This document shows, piece by piece, positions 1 through 11,891 of a stretch of DNA of 64,000 nucleotides. This DNA is from an uncultured Alphaproteobacteria bacterium (GTDB taxonomy: Bacteria; Pseudomonadota; Alphaproteobacteria; RF32; CAG-239), in assembly GCA_944393235.1 (NCBI GenBank), contig CALXZJ010000003.1:4291-68290 (forward strand). Reading direction: 5' to 3'. The position numbers were made by a program, and so were the translations under genes. A model generated the notes under the pieces. The model saw only the letters and a list, made by a program, of their open reading frames with translations. It had not been told where the DNA came from and searched no databases. Positions within the stretch are counted from its first letter, which is position 1; each line of letters starts with the position of its first letter.

Positions 1-1
1 G

Positions 2-952
2 ATGATGAACAAAAATTTATATGATGTTTTGGGCGTTAGCAAGTCAGCAAGCGAAGCGGAAATAAAATCAGCTTATCGGAAATTGGCGCGTAAATATCAT
101 CCGGATTTGAATAAAGATGACAAAAGTGCGGCGGAGAAATTTAAGGAGGTTTCCGCAGCGTATGACATTTTGGGCAATAAAGAGAAGCGCCAAAAATATG
201 ACAACAACGAAATTGATGCCGAAGGTAAGCCGACCGGTTTCGGAGCGGGGTTTGGCGGTGGAAGCTATGGCGGTAACCCGTTTGGAGATGGTTTTGGCGG
301 AAGTTATCGGACATATTCAACACGTGGCGGCAATCCGTTCGGCGGCGATGGCGGTTTTGATTTTTCTTCTTTGTTCGGCGATGATATTATGTCGCAATTT
401 ACCGGCGGCGGAAGACGCAACTATCGTTACAGCGGTCCGCAAAAAGGGCAGGATTTGGCTTATACCATGAGTGTTGATTTTTTGGATGCGGCGCAAGGGG
501 CTGAAAAAAACATCAGTTTGAGCGGCAAAAATATTAATGTTAAAATTCCGGCCGGTACGGAGAACGGGCAGACTTTAAGGTTAAAAGGTTTGGGCGCCGC
601 CAGCCCGAACGGTGGTGAAAACGGCGATGTTTTGATTACGATTAATGTTCGTCCGCATCCGTATTTTAAGAAGGAAGGTTTAAATGTGCTTTTGGAGCTG
701 CCAATCAGCATTAAAGAAGCGGTGTTGGGTGCCAAAATCACGGTGCCGACCATCAGTGGTAAAGTTAAAGTGAGTGTTCCGCCGTATGCCTCAAGCGGTG
801 AAAAATTACGCTTGAAAGGCAAAGGGATTAAAAGCAAAAGCGGGCAGGGTGATGAAATTATTGAACTGAAAATCGTTGCGCCGAAAACACCGGATAAAAA
901 GCTTGAAGAAGCACTTAAAGATGTAACCGATACCGCAGTCAGGACGTTTTGA
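2..952 (+). CDS. DnaJ-class co-chaperone, CbpA-like (type II J protein)
   Basis: J domain with HPD (YHPDLN), G/F-rich linker, DnaJ C-terminal domain, no CxxCxGxG zinc finger. Confidence 0.9.
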   Translation: MMNKNLYDVLGVSKSASEAEIKSAYRKLARKYHPDLNKDDKSAAEKFKEVSAAYDILGNKEKRQKYDNNEIDAEGKPTGFGAGFGGGSYGGNPFGDGFGGSYRTYSTRGGNPFGGDGGFDFSSLFGDDIMSQFTGGGRRNYRYSGPQKGQDLAYTMSVDFLDAAQGAEKNISLSGKNINVKIPAGTENGQTLRLKGLGAASPNGGENGDVLITINVRPHPYFKKEGLNVLLELPISIKEAVLGAKITVPTISGKVKVSVPPYASSGEKLRLKGKGIKSKSGQGDEIIELKIVAPKTPDKKLEEALKDVTDTAVRTF

Positions 953-1509
953 TGAGGTTGGAAGATTTAAAAGGCTTTGATTGGTATAATGAACCGGAGA
1001 ATGTTATTTTCAACGGGGCAAAAATGATTATTGCCGCTAAGCCGGAAACTGATTTTTGGCAAAGCTGCGGACATGGTTTTAATAAAGATGACGGACACTT
1101 TTTTTATAAGCAGCGCGAATCTGATTTTGTTATGTCGATTTGCTGGTCTTTTGATGATGTTTCAGATTTTAAGCAATGCGGCGTGATGGTGCGTGTTGAT
1201 GAAGGAAATTGGTTTAAATCGGCATTGATGTGCCGAGATATCAAGCGCCCGGAAATCGGTCATTGCCTGACGGTGATGGGGAATTCCGATTGGGCGGCAG
1301 TGCAGCTTGCGACAACACCCATGAAATTATGGTATCGGGTCGTTCGCCGCAAAAATGATTATCTTGCTTTTTATTCGCTTAACGGTACAGATTATATTAA
1401 AATGCGGCAGTTTTATCTGACAGGAGAAAATGTTTGTATCGGCGCCTATATATGTAATCCGCAGCATGGCGCTTTTAGCGCTGCTCTTGAAGATGTTTCG
1501 TTTTCTTAA
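949..1509 (+). CDS. DUF1349 family (concanavalin A-like) protein
   Basis: TDFWQ...D.GHF and QCGVMVR.DE.NW.K motifs; overlaps the stop of the upstream gene. Confidence 0.75.
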   Translation: MMRLEDLKGFDWYNEPENVIFNGAKMIIAAKPETDFWQSCGHGFNKDDGHFFYKQRESDFVMSICWSFDDVSDFKQCGVMVRVDEGNWFKSALMCRDIKRPEIGHCLTVMGNSDWAAVQLATTPMKLWYRVVRRKNDYLAFYSLNGTDYIKMRQFYLTGENVCIGAYICNPQHGAFSAALEDVSFS

Positions 1510-1555
1510 CCTTTTTTTAGTAAAAAAGTTCTTGCATTTGGTTTTTTTTCGTTAT

Positions 1556-1573
1556 ACATACATGTAGGTATGT
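1556..1573. promoter_or_regulatory. Putative TetR/AcrR operator palindrome
   Basis: ACATAC-N6-GTATGT inverted repeat just downstream of TTGCAT (1532); resembles the AcrR-type TACATAC...GTATGTA operator. Confidence 0.6.
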
Positions 1574-1592
1574 TCGATTACGGAGATAAAAA

Positions 1593-2210
1593 GTGCGTAA
1601 AACAAAGGAAGAAGCGGAAGAAACAAGAAGGGCGATTTTAAAATCGGCGTTGGATACTTTTTATGAAAAAGGGTATTCCAAAACCACTTTTGATGAAATT
1701 GCCAAGCGCATCAATCTGACCAAAGGCGCGGTTTATTGGTATTTTAGGAATAAGCCCGATTTGGTGGCGGCTTTGATTAATGAGTATATGGAATATGTGC
1801 GTACCTGCATAGATAAAGAAGGGACAAGTGCGGAGACTTTTGACGATATTGTTAAAAGTTTTTTGAACTATGCCGATTATATTTTGAGTTCGCCGACCAT
1901 TTATAAGGTTGCGTTTTTCTTAACCTGCCAGATGGAGTGGTCGGAAGCTATTATTACCAAGGTGGCGCCGCAAGTGGCGAGCAATAAAGACTATTGGTGT
2001 GAAAGGCTAAAAGAATCGTTGACAACTTTACAAAAAAATGGCGAAATAAGCGCAAATATTGATATTGGCATGTTGGTGTCGGTTATCATGAATATGTGGG
2101 CGGGAACGCTGGATGCTTATTTAAGCAAACGCTGTCGGACAGATTTAAAAACAATGGTTAAAGAGAGTTTTAATTTAATTTATAACGGCCTGAAAAAAGG
2201 AGAGGACTGA
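1593..2210 (+). CDS. TetR/AcrR family transcriptional regulator
   Basis: RKTKEEAEETR...IAKRINLTKGAVYWYFRNK HTH; heads the RND operon. Confidence 0.93.
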   Translation: MRKTKEEAEETRRAILKSALDTFYEKGYSKTTFDEIAKRINLTKGAVYWYFRNKPDLVAALINEYMEYVRTCIDKEGTSAETFDDIVKSFLNYADYILSSPTIYKVAFFLTCQMEWSEAIITKVAPQVASNKDYWCERLKESLTTLQKNGEISANIDIGMLVSVIMNMWAGTLDAYLSKRCRTDLKTMVKESFNLIYNGLKKGED

Positions 2211-2212
2211 AA

Positions 2213-3367
2213 ATGCGCGTAAGTAAACCTAAAAAAAGTGTTATTTTGAAAAATGTGGCATATTTTTTAATTTGTGTCGGTATCGGTTGGTATTTGAAAG
2301 GGCGCTTGAGCCCAAATTACGGTGCCAATATGGGCGGTCAACAAGAACCGTATGTGTTGATACAAGAAGTACAGGCACAAGATACAATGCAGGCTAAAGA
2401 GCATATTGCTCATGTGGAAGCAATCAATAGTGTTAATTTGCAGGCGCAAGTCTCCGGAACGATTGATGACGTGTTGTTTAAGGAAGGCAGCTTTGTTAAA
2501 GCCGGCGATGTGTTGTTTGTGATTGATCGCGACCGTTATCAGTCTACGGTTAATCTGCGTGAGGCAGAGCTTGCCAGTGCTAAAGCTAATTTAACGGAAG
2601 CAGAGCGCAATTATAACCGCCAGTTGACTTTGAGTAAACAAAACATTGCTTCCAAAGCCGCTTTTGATGCAGCCGAAAGTGCTTATTTGCAAGGAAAAGC
2701 TGCGGTCAAACAGGCAGAGGCAAATTTGGAACTGGCTAAAATCGATTTGGGCTACACCGAGGTAACGGCGCCGATTAGCGGTTATATCGGTAAAGCGTTG
2801 GTTACCAAAGGAAACTATGTGACGACATCTTCGCAGGTTTTGGCAAGAATTGTGCAAGTCAGTCCGGTACGGGTAACGTTTTCTTTAACCGACCGTGAGT
2901 TTTTGAACTTAAAAGAACAATATGAAATAGATTCCGATGTGGATATGAAAGCAAAAATTACGCTGCCGGACGGCAAAGACATGATTGAAGATTTCAGTTC
3001 GCGTTTTGCCGATAACGAGGTAAGTACCGATACGGCAACGGTTTCGATTTATGCAGATTTTACTAATACTGATGAAAAATTATTGCCCGGTAACTATGTG
3101 CAAATTGCTTTGTTTAAAGGCAAACCGGACACCAATGTGGTGATTCCGCAAGCTTCTTTGGCGCAAGATGAACACGGTTTTTACACGTTTGTCGTTAACG
3201 GCGACGAGGTGGTGGAAGAGCGCCGTTTGGTATTGGGTGATGTTATCGGTTCTAACCAGATTGTCAAAAGCGGTTTGAAAGCCGGCGATCAGGTTATTGT
3301 TCAAGGTTTGCAAAAAGTTCAGGACGGCACAAAAGTCAGAGCCGCTTTGATTCAGCCAACCGAGTAA
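2213..3367 (+). CDS. RND efflux periplasmic adaptor (membrane fusion protein)
   Basis: N-terminal TM, QVSG...EGSFVKAGDVLF lipoyl halves, coiled hairpin, APISGYIG. Confidence 0.93.
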   Translation: MRVSKPKKSVILKNVAYFLICVGIGWYLKGRLSPNYGANMGGQQEPYVLIQEVQAQDTMQAKEHIAHVEAINSVNLQAQVSGTIDDVLFKEGSFVKAGDVLFVIDRDRYQSTVNLREAELASAKANLTEAERNYNRQLTLSKQNIASKAAFDAAESAYLQGKAAVKQAEANLELAKIDLGYTEVTAPISGYIGKALVTKGNYVTTSSQVLARIVQVSPVRVTFSLTDREFLNLKEQYEIDSDVDMKAKITLPDGKDMIEDFSSRFADNEVSTDTATVSIYADFTNTDEKLLPGNYVQIALFKGKPDTNVVIPQASLAQDEHGFYTFVVNGDEVVEERRLVLGDVIGSNQIVKSGLKAGDQVIVQGLQKVQDGTKVRAALIQPTE

Positions 3368-3383
3368 AGGGGATTGACGTAAT

Positions 3384-6300
3384 ATGTTTTCAAAGATTTT
3401 TATTGAGCGTCCGCGCTTCGCGATGGTGATTGCCATCGTGATGGCGCTTGCGGGCGTTATTTCTCTGTTTTCGTTGCCGATTTCACTTTATCCGCAAATT
3501 ACGCCGCCACAGGTTCACGTTTCGGCAAACTATACGGGTGCCAGTGCGGACGTGGTGGCCAGCACGATCGGTATTCCGATTGAGCAAGAAGTCAACGGCG
3601 TGGAAGACATGCTTTATATGGAGTCAACTTCTTCCAACTCGGGCGATTACAGTTTGTCGGTCAGCTTTGAAGTGGGCACTGATCCGGATATGGCGCAAGT
3701 TAAGGTGCAAAACCGTGTGCAACAAGCTGTCAATAAACTGCCGGCTGAAGTGCAACAGTACGGCATTAGCGTTCGGCGTCGTTCCTCGGATATTTTGGGT
3801 TTTTTGAATATTCGTTCGCCAAACGGGACGCATGACACGCAGTTTTTGAGCAACTATGTTGAAAACAACATTAAAAATAACTTGAGCCGTGTGTACGGCG
3901 TGGGCGACGTGAGTGTGCACGCCGCGCCTTTGAGCATGCGCGTGTGGCTTGATGCCGATAAAATTACGGCTTTAAATATCCCGATTTCAGCCGTAAGGTC
4001 GGCGATTGAAAGCCAAAACTATCAGCCGTCTTTGGGTTCGGTCGGCGCTATGCCGGGCGACGGCGGTCAGCAGATGATGTATTCTTTGCAAACGCAAGGC
4101 CGTTTGAATGAGGCTAAAGATTTTGAAAATATTATCGTTCGCACCGAGCAAGACGGCGGATTGGTTCGCTTAAAAGATATTGCCAAAGTTGAAATCGGCA
4201 CGGAAACGTATATGGTTAAATCCGAGCGTGACGGTGCGCCTTCGGTGGCAATTTCATTGAACACCTTGTCGGGTGCAAACGCCATTCAGGCCATGACGGC
4301 GTTGAAAGCTGAATTGGAGCGTTTGTCACACTTTTATCCGGACGATTTTGAGGTTGATATTTTTTATGATGCAACCGAATATATCGTGGCCTCGGTTGAG
4401 GAAGTGGTATTTACGCTGGTGCTTACTTTTGCGCTGGTTATCGGCGTATGTTATGTCTTTTTGCAAGACTGGCGCTCAACCCTTATTCCGTCAATTGCCA
4501 TTCCGGTGTCTTTGCTGGCAGCATTTGCGGTGATGTATGCTTTGGGCTTTAGCTTAAACATTCTGACATTGTTCGGTTTGGTGCTGGCTATCGGCTTGGT
4601 GGTGGATGACGCCATTGTGGTGGTGGAACGTGTTTTGACGTTGATGGAAGAGGAAAAATTAACCCCGAAGGAAGCTGCCATTAAAGCCATGGAGCAGGTG
4701 TCAAGCGCGGTTATCGCGACAACGTTGGTGTTGATGGCTATTTTCGTGCCGATTGCGTTTTTGGGCGGTATTACCGGTAAAATTTATCAGCAATTTGCCG
4801 TGTCTATTTCATTTGCGGTGTTGTTCTCGGGTATTAACGCTCTGACGTTGTCGCCGGCTTTGTGCGCGACGATGTTGAAACCTTTAAAACCGGTGACGCA
4901 TGGTCCTTTGGCGTGGTTTAACAAATTGCTTTCCAGAACGCGCAACAAATATTTGGCAGTGGTGGCTTATTTTGCCCGTAAAGTGAGTGTGATTGCGCTG
5001 TTTTTGGGGTTGTTGGTGTTTTTTAACGGCATATTCCTGAAGTTAAGCAACACAACCTTTATTCCGGCTGAAGACCAAGGTGTTATTTTGGCAAATATTC
5101 AATTGCCGGAAGGTGCGACACAGCCGCGTGTTGAGAAGGTTGTAGATGAGATTTTGCCGATGATTAAAGCTGAAAAAAGCGTGCAGTCGGTGATGACGAT
5201 TATGGGCTTTAGTATGCTTTCCGGTCAAGGCGAAAGCGTGGCAATGTCGGTTATCAGCTTGAAACCGTGGGGCGAGCGTAAGGAAGATTCGGAATATTCA
5301 ACCAATATTTTGAACCGTTTGAAAGCACAGTTTTCACAAATTCCGGATGCGGAAATCAACTTGTTTGAGTTTCCGGCCATTCCGGGGTTGGGTACAACCG
5401 GCGGTATGGATTTCCGTTTGCAGGCGTTGGATGATACCGACCCGAAACATTTGGAATCGGTCTTGCGCAGTTTCTTGAGCAAGGCGCAACAATTGCCGGA
5501 GATTTCGTATGCGTTTTCAACCTACACGGCTGAAACGCCGCACGCTTATATTGAAATCAACAAAGAAAAAGCCGAGGTAATGAACGTGCCGATAAGCAAT
5601 ATTTATTCGGTTTTGCAAAATTACCTTGGTTCGGGCTATGTTAACGATATCAATATCGGTACGCAGGTTAACAAGGTGATGATTCAAGCCGACTGGCCAT
5701 ATCGTAAAGATATTGACAGCATCAGCAAGCTGTATGTCCAGAGCACGACCGGAAATATGGTGCCGCTGGGCAGTTTGGTGTCGGTTAAGATTATTCAGGC
5801 GCCGCGCAGTATTGACCGTTATAACCAATATCCGAGTGCGACGATTACAGCAATGGCTAACTCTTCGGTCAGTAGCGGTCAGGCGATGGCAGCTCTGGAA
5901 AAACTGGCGGAAGAAGCTTTGCCGGAAGGTTACAGCTATGAGTGGTCGGGCATGAGCTTGCAAGAGCGGCAAAACAGCGGGCAGGTCGGTATGTTGATTG
6001 CGCTTGCCGTGGTGTTTGGTTATTTGTTCCTGGTTGCCCAATACGAAAGCTGGATGTTGCCGGTATCGGTGCTGACATCGGTTACGGTGGCGGTGCTGGG
6101 TGCATTCTTGGGCCTGTTGATTACCGGTATGCCTTTGAGTATTTATGCTCAATTGGGTTTGGTGTTGCTGGTTGGTCTGGCAAGTAAAAACGCCATTTTG
6201 ATTGTGGAGTTTGCCAAAGACGAGCGCGAAAAAGGCGTCAGCATTCAAAAAGCGGCGGTTACCGGCACGCGCGAAAGATTCCGTGCGGTGTTGATGACGG

Positions 6301-6560
6301 CGTTTACGTTTATTTTGGGCGTGTTTCCGCTGATTATTGCCAGCGGTGCCGGCGCGGGAAGTCGTGTGGCAATCGGTGTTCCGGTGTTCTATGGTATGTT
6401 AATCGGTACATTTGGCGGCTTGGTCATTATTCCGCTGCTGTATGTGTTGGTTGAAACCATGGTGGAACGTTTGACCGGCAAGAAAGTCGTTGCGACGGCA
6501 GAAGTTGATGAAACGGTGCCGGCTGCGAAAACACCGAAAGGTAAGACTAAGGAAAAATAA
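3384..6560 (+). CDS. RND efflux permease, HAE1 (AcrB/BepE-like)
   Basis: FIERPRFA N-terminus, [30 protein letters not shown]; 1058 aa. Confidence 0.96.
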   Translation: MFSKIFIERPRFAMVIAIVMALAGVISLFSLPISLYPQITPPQVHVSANYTGASADVVASTIGIPIEQEVNGVEDMLYMESTSSNSGDYSLSVSFEVGTDPDMAQVKVQNRVQQAVNKLPAEVQQYGISVRRRSSDILGFLNIRSPNGTHDTQFLSNYVENNIKNNLSRVYGVGDVSVHAAPLSMRVWLDADKITALNIPISAVRSAIESQNYQPSLGSVGAMPGDGGQQMMYSLQTQGRLNEAKDFENIIVRTEQDGGLVRLKDIAKVEIGTETYMVKSERDGAPSVAISLNTLSGANAIQAMTALKAELERLSHFYPDDFEVDIFYDATEYIVASVEEVVFTLVLTFALVIGVCYVFLQDWRSTLIPSIAIPVSLLAAFAVMYALGFSLNILTLFGLVLAIGLVVDDAIVVVERVLTLMEEEKLTPKEAAIKAMEQVSSAVIATTLVLMAIFVPIAFLGGITGKIYQQFAVSISFAVLFSGINALTLSPALCATMLKPLKPVTHGPLAWFNKLLSRTRNKYLAVVAYFARKVSVIALFLGLLVFFNGIFLKLSNTTFIPAEDQGVILANIQLPEGATQPRVEKVVDEILPMIKAEKSVQSVMTIMGFSMLSGQGESVAMSVISLKPWGERKEDSEYSTNILNRLKAQFSQIPDAEINLFEFPAIPGLGTTGGMDFRLQALDDTDPKHLESVLRSFLSKAQQLPEISYAFSTYTAETPHAYIEINKEKAEVMNVPISNIYSVLQNYLGSGYVNDINIGTQVNKVMIQADWPYRKDIDSISKLYVQSTTGNMVPLGSLVSVKIIQAPRSIDRYNQYPSATITAMANSSVSSGQAMAALEKLAEEALPEGYSYEWSGMSLQERQNSGQVGMLIALAVVFGYLFLVAQYESWMLPVSVLTSVTVAVLGAFLGLLITGMPLSIYAQLGLVLLVGLASKNAILIVEFAKDEREKGVSIQKAAVTGTRERFRAVLMTAFTFILGVFPLIIASGAGAGSRVAIGVPVFYGMLIGTFGGLVIIPLLYVLVETMVERLTGKKVVATAEVDETVPAAKTPKGKTKEK

Positions 6561-6577
6561 ATATTTCTCGGATTGAA

Positions 6578-6617
6578 CAAAACCCCATTTGAAGGAAACT
6601 TTGGATGGGGTTTTTTG
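6578..6617. terminator. Intrinsic terminator after RND operon
   Basis: aaaaccccat...atggggtttt stem followed by a T-tract. Confidence 0.7.
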
Positions 6618-6708
6618 ATTTTGTTTTTATACGGTTATAACCTGAATTATCTGATTAATTTTATTTAAAAGATAGGAATTGAAAATTGTTTTTGATTATC
6701 AATTTCAA

Positions 6709-8796
6709 TCAACCGGAAAGGTAGGTTTTTAAGGAGCGGTCTTGTTCAAACAGATATAATAAAATTCTTAACGCCTGTCCGCGGGGTGAGGTGAAGTTTT
6801 TATCGGTTTGCAAAACAAATTCCGCATCTTTGCGCGCTGTATAAAGCAAATCTTTATGCACGGTCAAATCCGCTAATTTAAACTCGCCGAAACCGGATTG
6901 GCGGGTACCTAAAACCTCGCCGCCTCCACGCAATTCCAAATCTTTTTCGGCAATTAAAAACCCGTCTTCGCTGTTTTTCATGATATTTAAGCGTTCCCGC
7001 GAAGTTTGGCTTAACGGAAAGCCATACATCAAAATACAGGTTGAGGCTTCAAAGCCACGTTTGATGCGGCCGCGTAATTGGTGGAGCTGTGCCAGTCCGA
7101 AACGTTCGGCTTGTTCTATAATCATGACTGTTGCTTCCGGCACGTTGACGCCGACTTCAATTACGGTGGTTGCCACCAAAAGCGCCAGCGCTCCGGTGCG
7201 GAATTGTTCCATCACGGCGTCTTTTTGTTTTTCTTTCATCTTGCCGTGCACCAAGCCGACTTTATCGCCAAAGATTTTTTGCAGTGAGGCAAAGCGTTCT
7301 TCGGCGGCGGCCAAATCGGTCTTTTCGGATTCTTCTACCAAAGGACAAACCCAATAGGCGCGGCAGCCGGTGGCAAGTTTGCGTTTTAAGCCGGCAACAA
7401 CGCTTTCAATTTTGCTCAATGGCAGCACACGCGTATCAACCGGTTTGCGGCCTTTAGGGACTTCATTAATTTTGGAATATTCCATATCGCCGTATTGTGT
7501 TAACACCAAAGTGCGGGGAATCGGCGTGGCGGTCATGACCAAAACATCTGCCTTGTTGCCTTTTTCGGAAAGCTCCAAACGTTGATTGACGCCGAAACGG
7601 TGTTGCTCGTCCACCACCACAAAGGCCAAATCCTTAAACGCCACATCTTCGGTAAACAAGGCGTGCGTACCGATGAGAACATTAATTTTTCCGGCTTGTA
7701 AATCTGCCAAAATTTCATCGCGCTTTTTGCCTTTGATTTTACCGGTCAACAATTCGGCGCGAATGCCGACAATCTGCGCCCAAGTCGACATGGTTTCCAG
7801 ATGCTGTTTGGCCAAAATTTCGGTCGGTGCCATGATGGCCGCCTGCGCACTGCATTCCACCGCGTTTAACATCGCTAAAAAAGCGACCACGGTTTTGCCG
7901 CTGCCGACATCGCCCTGCAATAGACGCAGCATTTTGTAAGGTGCAGTCATGTCATTTTTGATTTCGCTTAAAACCCGTTTTTGCGCATCGGTCAATTCAA
8001 AACCTAAATTTTCAAGTAAGCGGCGGCATAAATGTCCGTCACCGTCAAGAATGCGTCCGGCTTGTTTTTTGACACGCTCACGCGCCAAAGCCAAAGTCAG
8101 CTGATTGGCTAAAAGCTCGTCATAAGCCAAACGGCGTCGGGCGGGCGAATTGTTTTCTAAATCTGCCGGTTTTAACGGATGATGAACGCTCAACAATGCG
8201 GTTTTAAATGGCGGAAAACCTTCGCGGTTTAAAAAACGCTCGTCCTGCCATTCGGGCAAGTCAGGCACACGCGCCAGCGCCTGTTTTTGCAGTTTGAGCA
8301 TTAATTTGTTGGAAACACCGGCACAAAGCGGATAAACCGGCTCGACACTTTTTAACGCATCCAGCATTTCCGGCGCGACAATATAGTCAGGGTGGTTCAT
8401 CTGTAAACGACCGTTGAAAATTTCCAACTTGCCGCTTATGGCTTTATAGGCGCCAACCGGAAGGTTTCTGGCCAGAGAATCTTTATAGTATTTGAAAAAA
8501 TTTAAGGTGATATCCGTCCCGTATTCATCCACGGCGGCAATCCGGTACGGTTGTTTTTTGGTGGGCGGTACCAAGTGTTCAATAATCCTGATTTTTCCGG
8601 TCCAGATGCGGCCGGTGGCAGCTCGGCTTAAAGGCGTGCCATAGGTGCGGTCAATCAAATTTATCGGTAAATGCCAGAGCAAATCCGCAATTTTTCTGCC
8701 GTTAACCAAGTTGCATACCAACTTGTTGTAACGGCTGCCAATGCCTTGTAAGTTTTCAATCAAGCCAAAGAGCGGATTTAGGATTTCCGGACGCAT
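6709..8796 (-). CDS. recG: ATP-dependent DNA helicase RecG
   Basis: RLLQGDVGSGKT, DEQHRFGV, MTATPIPRT, LAQLHQLRGR. Confidence 0.97.
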   Translation of the reverse strand: MRPEILNPLFGLIENLQGIGSRYNKLVCNLVNGRKIADLLWHLPINLIDRTYGTPLSRAATGRIWTGKIRIIEHLVPPTKKQPYRIAAVDEYGTDITLNFFKYYKDSLARNLPVGAYKAISGKLEIFNGRLQMNHPDYIVAPEMLDALKSVEPVYPLCAGVSNKLMLKLQKQALARVPDLPEWQDERFLNREGFPPFKTALLSVHHPLKPADLENNSPARRRLAYDELLANQLTLALARERVKKQAGRILDGDGHLCRRLLENLGFELTDAQKRVLSEIKNDMTAPYKMLRLLQGDVGSGKTVVAFLAMLNAVECSAQAAIMAPTEILAKQHLETMSTWAQIVGIRAELLTGKIKGKKRDEILADLQAGKINVLIGTHALFTEDVAFKDLAFVVVDEQHRFGVNQRLELSEKGNKADVLVMTATPIPRTLVLTQYGDMEYSKINEVPKGRKPVDTRVLPLSKIESVVAGLKRKLATGCRAYWVCPLVEESEKTDLAAAEERFASLQKIFGDKVGLVHGKMKEKQKDAVMEQFRTGALALLVATTVIEVGVNVPEATVMIIEQAERFGLAQLHQLRGRIKRGFEASTCILMYGFPLSQTSRERLNIMKNSEDGFLIAEKDLELRGGGEVLGTRQSGFGEFKLADLTVHKDLLYTARKDAEFVLQTDKNFTSPRGQALRILLYLFEQDRSLKTYLSG

Positions 8797-8871
8797 AATG
8801 TTCTCCCTTTTATTTGCAATGTAACAATAAAAACGCAGCTTGTAAATAAGGGAAACTATCCGGCTGCTTGT

Positions 8872-10260
8872 TTATTCACCAGCTTTGATTTTTTCAATCA
8901 ACTCTTTTACCGTCGGGATGCCGTTGCGATACAATGGATCGGTGGCAAAGCGGTAAACTTGATGTCCGGCAAACAATAAGTGGTCTTTTACACTGCCGCC
9001 GTGACCGACTTCATAAAGAGTTTTATGAATACAGTAGGTGCGTGGGTCAGGTAGCTTGCCGGTGGTGCCGTTGGCGCGAGACCATGTTGAAAATTGGCAT
9101 TGCGATAGGCAGCCGACGCATTCGGCGCGATCTTGTTTCATTTTCTTCCAGTCTTCTTCGCTCATAAATACGATTGTTTGATCCGGAGTTTCCTGAATGA
9201 CGCTTAAACCGGCGTTAATTTGGTTTTGTGCTTTGTCGGTATCTTCGGGTTTGATATAAACCGTGCGGTGGGCGTTCATTTGTAAGGCGTTGGAAAACTC
9301 GGAATCCGGTTCGTTTTTGAAAGCAATCTCGCCTTTTTTACGTTCAATCAGTTTTTCTAAAAAGGAGTTTTTGATTGCTGATGAGAAAAATCCGGTCGGA
9401 CTGAATTTTTGCAAAATTACGTCGCCTTTTTTGACGTGCATCATAACGTTTTTCCAAGCATCGCTTATCGGGCTTTCTTTGGTTATCATCGGACGGGTGC
9501 CGAATTGGAACGCTACGTCGCCCAATTCCGGATTGTCGATATAATCTTGCCAGTCGCTTAACTTCCAGACGCCGCCGGCAATAATAATCGGGGTTTTTTC
9601 AAGCCCTAATTCACGCAAAAGCTTGCGTAATTCAACCAAGCGGTTGTATGGAGATTGCGGCTGATTGGGGTCTTCGGCGTTAGACAGACCGTTGTGTCCG
9701 CCAGCCAACCATGGATCTTCGTAAACAACGCCGCCTAAATATTCCGAACATTTGGAATAAGCCCGTTTCCATAAAACTTGAAAAGCGCGTGCCGAAGATA
9801 TAATCGGGTAATAATAAACTTTAAATTTTGAGGCTAATTCGCCCAAATGATACGGCAAGCCGGCGCCACAGGTTACACCATGAATAAGCCCTTTGCTTCC
9901 TTCCAAAATGGCGGTGATTATGCGTTCAGAATCAGCCATTTCCCAAAGCATGTTCATATGAATACGCCCTTTGCCTCCGGAAACCTCATGGGCAATTTTG
10001 GCTTGGTCTATGCCACCTTGAATGGCATATTGAACCATTTCTTCGTGCCGTTCGGCGCGGATTTTTTTCTTGAAAGTTTCAATAATCACGTTGCCTTTGT
10101 TATCTACGACATCGGGACTGACCGCCGAGAATGTGCCGACGCAGTTTTCTTTTGCCCATGCGCCGGAGCTGTATCCGTTGCTGCCGTTGATGCCTTTGCC
10201 GCCTTCAATTAAGGGCAGAACTTCTTTTCCTGATAAGAGAATCGGGTTTAGGGTTTTCAA
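8872..10260 (-). CDS. Nitronate monooxygenase/FabK-FabX-like FMN oxidoreductase
   Basis: PLIEGGKG, EDPWLAGGHNG, IIAGG, FQFGTR, CxxCxxxC; likely TTG start at 10260 behind an AAGGA RBS. Confidence 0.8.
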   Translation of the reverse strand: MKTLNPILLSGKEVLPLIEGGKGINGSNGYSSGAWAKENCVGTFSAVSPDVVDNKGNVIIETFKKKIRAERHEEMVQYAIQGGIDQAKIAHEVSGGKGRIHMNMLWEMADSERIITAILEGSKGLIHGVTCGAGLPYHLGELASKFKVYYYPIISSARAFQVLWKRAYSKCSEYLGGVVYEDPWLAGGHNGLSNAEDPNQPQSPYNRLVELRKLLRELGLEKTPIIIAGGVWKLSDWQDYIDNPELGDVAFQFGTRPMITKESPISDAWKNVMMHVKKGDVILQKFSPTGFFSSAIKNSFLEKLIERKKGEIAFKNEPDSEFSNALQMNAHRTVYIKPEDTDKAQNQINAGLSVIQETPDQTIVFMSEEDWKKMKQDRAECVGCLSQCQFSTWSRANGTTGKLPDPRTYCIHKTLYEVGHGGSVKDHLLFAGHQVYRFATDPLYRNGIPTVKELIEKIKAGE

Positions 10261-10415
10261 TGTTTTTTCCTTAAATATTAAAAAATTTTTCCTTATTTTA
10301 TTTATGCATTTTTTTGTAAAAAGAAAAGTAGGCACTTGAAAGGTGTATAGTTTCTTTAAGGATACTAATGTGTATTTCTGCGGCTTTGAGCCGTATTGAT
10401 GTGTTAAAAAATATT

Positions 10416-11891
10416 TTATCCGGCAATTTTAAAAATGGAAAAATTTAAATTGTTTAAAATAATAAAGGCGACAATGATGTTGATGAAGGCGTAAATTTGA
10501 AGCATGTTAAACAATGCTTGGTTTTGCAACAGAGGGAGTTTGCTTTGTATGAAATTTCCGGTGGTATACAGCGCTTTGATGAGTAATGCACAGATTATGA
10601 GCTGTATGCAATAGCCTCCTGATGTCAGAAAATTTTGAGCCGGTTTTAAGATAAAGGAAAGGCTGCCGAAAAATAACAGGTAAAAAACAATGCCTAATAA
10701 TGTGAGCTTGTTTAATTTGATAAACCGCAGTCGTTTTTCCAGTTTCAGCTGTTCGTTTTTTTCGGTGGAAAGTTCGGATATATCAAGCCCGCGAATTTTG
10801 GCAGGCATGGCTTTTTCTTCTTTGACGGCTGCCATGTTTTGTTTGAATTTTTCTTCTATGGCGCATAAACCACACCCTTTGGAGGTGAAATATACATGGT
10901 CAGGATTTTGTTTGCAGGTTTTTAAATTGCGGAAAAGATATTCCATATGTTCCTGCCATTCTTTGGCAGTCGGCCGTTTTTGACCTTTTAGAAATGCACG
11001 ATCAAAAAGTTCTAATGTCTTTTTATCAAAATAACGGTGTATGCTATATGGGTTGGGTGATTGGTAAGAATCCGGCCATAAACCGTAGGCATAATGGTAT
11101 TGTTCTATGCGGGTTTGAATGGTTAGCATTTCATCGGTGGTTTTACGCGGTGTGCCGGAAAACGGATGAATGCCGTTATTTAGTAATTTGAAGATGATGA
11201 CGGCAAGTGCAAATTTATCCTGTTCTTCGCCCATGTCTTCACAATTTTGCAACATGCCTTCGGGATAAATATATTCTTCACTGACAAATTCAGCCGGATA
11301 ACGTTCGGTTTCGCCTTTGATGGAGAAGCCGTCGCAATCAAACATTGCAACTAACATATTTTCTTTATAAACCGAAACATTAGCCGGTTTTAAATCTACA
11401 ATGTAGTGTCCGCATTTGTGTAGCGCGGCTACCATAGATGCAATGTTGTATGCTGCGTATAAACGATTGCTGTAACTTTCGGATAGCCCAAGTTTTTTGC
11501 GGACGGCTTTTTGCATCAGATGGTCTAAGGAAACAGCCTCGTTCATATTAATTAACGGCATTAAATAGCCCACACAAAAACCGTCATCGTCTTCTAAAAC
11601 AGCTTCCGGCCAAGCAATTTGCACATAAGTTTTGCCGTCGTGTTCAATCGGCGGAATGTTGGGCCGATTGTGCAGCATGGCTTCTAATTTTTGGCGGTTG
11701 GTGTGGCTTTTGGTGCGGTCATGGAATATTTTAGCGACAAATTCCGGATGATTGACATCTCGATATATTTTGCCGGCAGCACCACCCTTGTTTAATAGTT
11801 CATCTAGTTTTTCACGTTCAAAGTGACCGTCGCCGTATATGGCGTTGTAATATAAATATTTTGGTGGTGTTTTTGTATCTTGTTTGTTCAT
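10416..11891 (-). CDS. YegI-like membrane-anchored Ser/Thr protein kinase (TerY-P kinase)
   Basis: GGAAGKIY, VAKIF, AWP, DLKPAN, DCDG, D.FALAV.IF.LL..GIHPF.G, C..N..H...C..C, 3 C-terminal TMs; ATGA overlap with the PP2C stop. Confidence 0.85.
   Translation of the reverse strand: MNKQDTKTPPKYLYYNAIYGDGHFEREKLDELLNKGGAAGKIYRDVNHPEFVAKIFHDRTKSHTNRQKLEAMLHNRPNIPPIEHDGKTYVQIAWPEAVLEDDDGFCVGYLMPLINMNEAVSLDHLMQKAVRKKLGLSESYSNRLYAAYNIASMVAALHKCGHYIVDLKPANVSVYKENMLVAMFDCDGFSIKGETERYPAEFVSEEYIYPEGMLQNCEDMGEEQDKFALAVIIFKLLNNGIHPFSGTPRKTTDEMLTIQTRIEQYHYAYGLWPDSYQSPNPYSIHRYFDKKTLELFDRAFLKGQKRPTAKEWQEHMEYLFRNLKTCKQNPDHVYFTSKGCGLCAIEEKFKQNMAAVKEEKAMPAKIRGLDISELSTEKNEQLKLEKRLRFIKLNKLTLLGIVFYLLFFGSLSFILKPAQNFLTSGGYCIQLIICALLIKALYTTGNFIQSKLPLLQNQALFNMLQIYAFINIIVAFIILNNLNFSIFKIAG

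Noticed and set aside
5517-6248. Long antisense ORFs (also 38579-39292, 49771-50436, 29868-30416)
   Set aside because: Shadow frames of well-conserved genes
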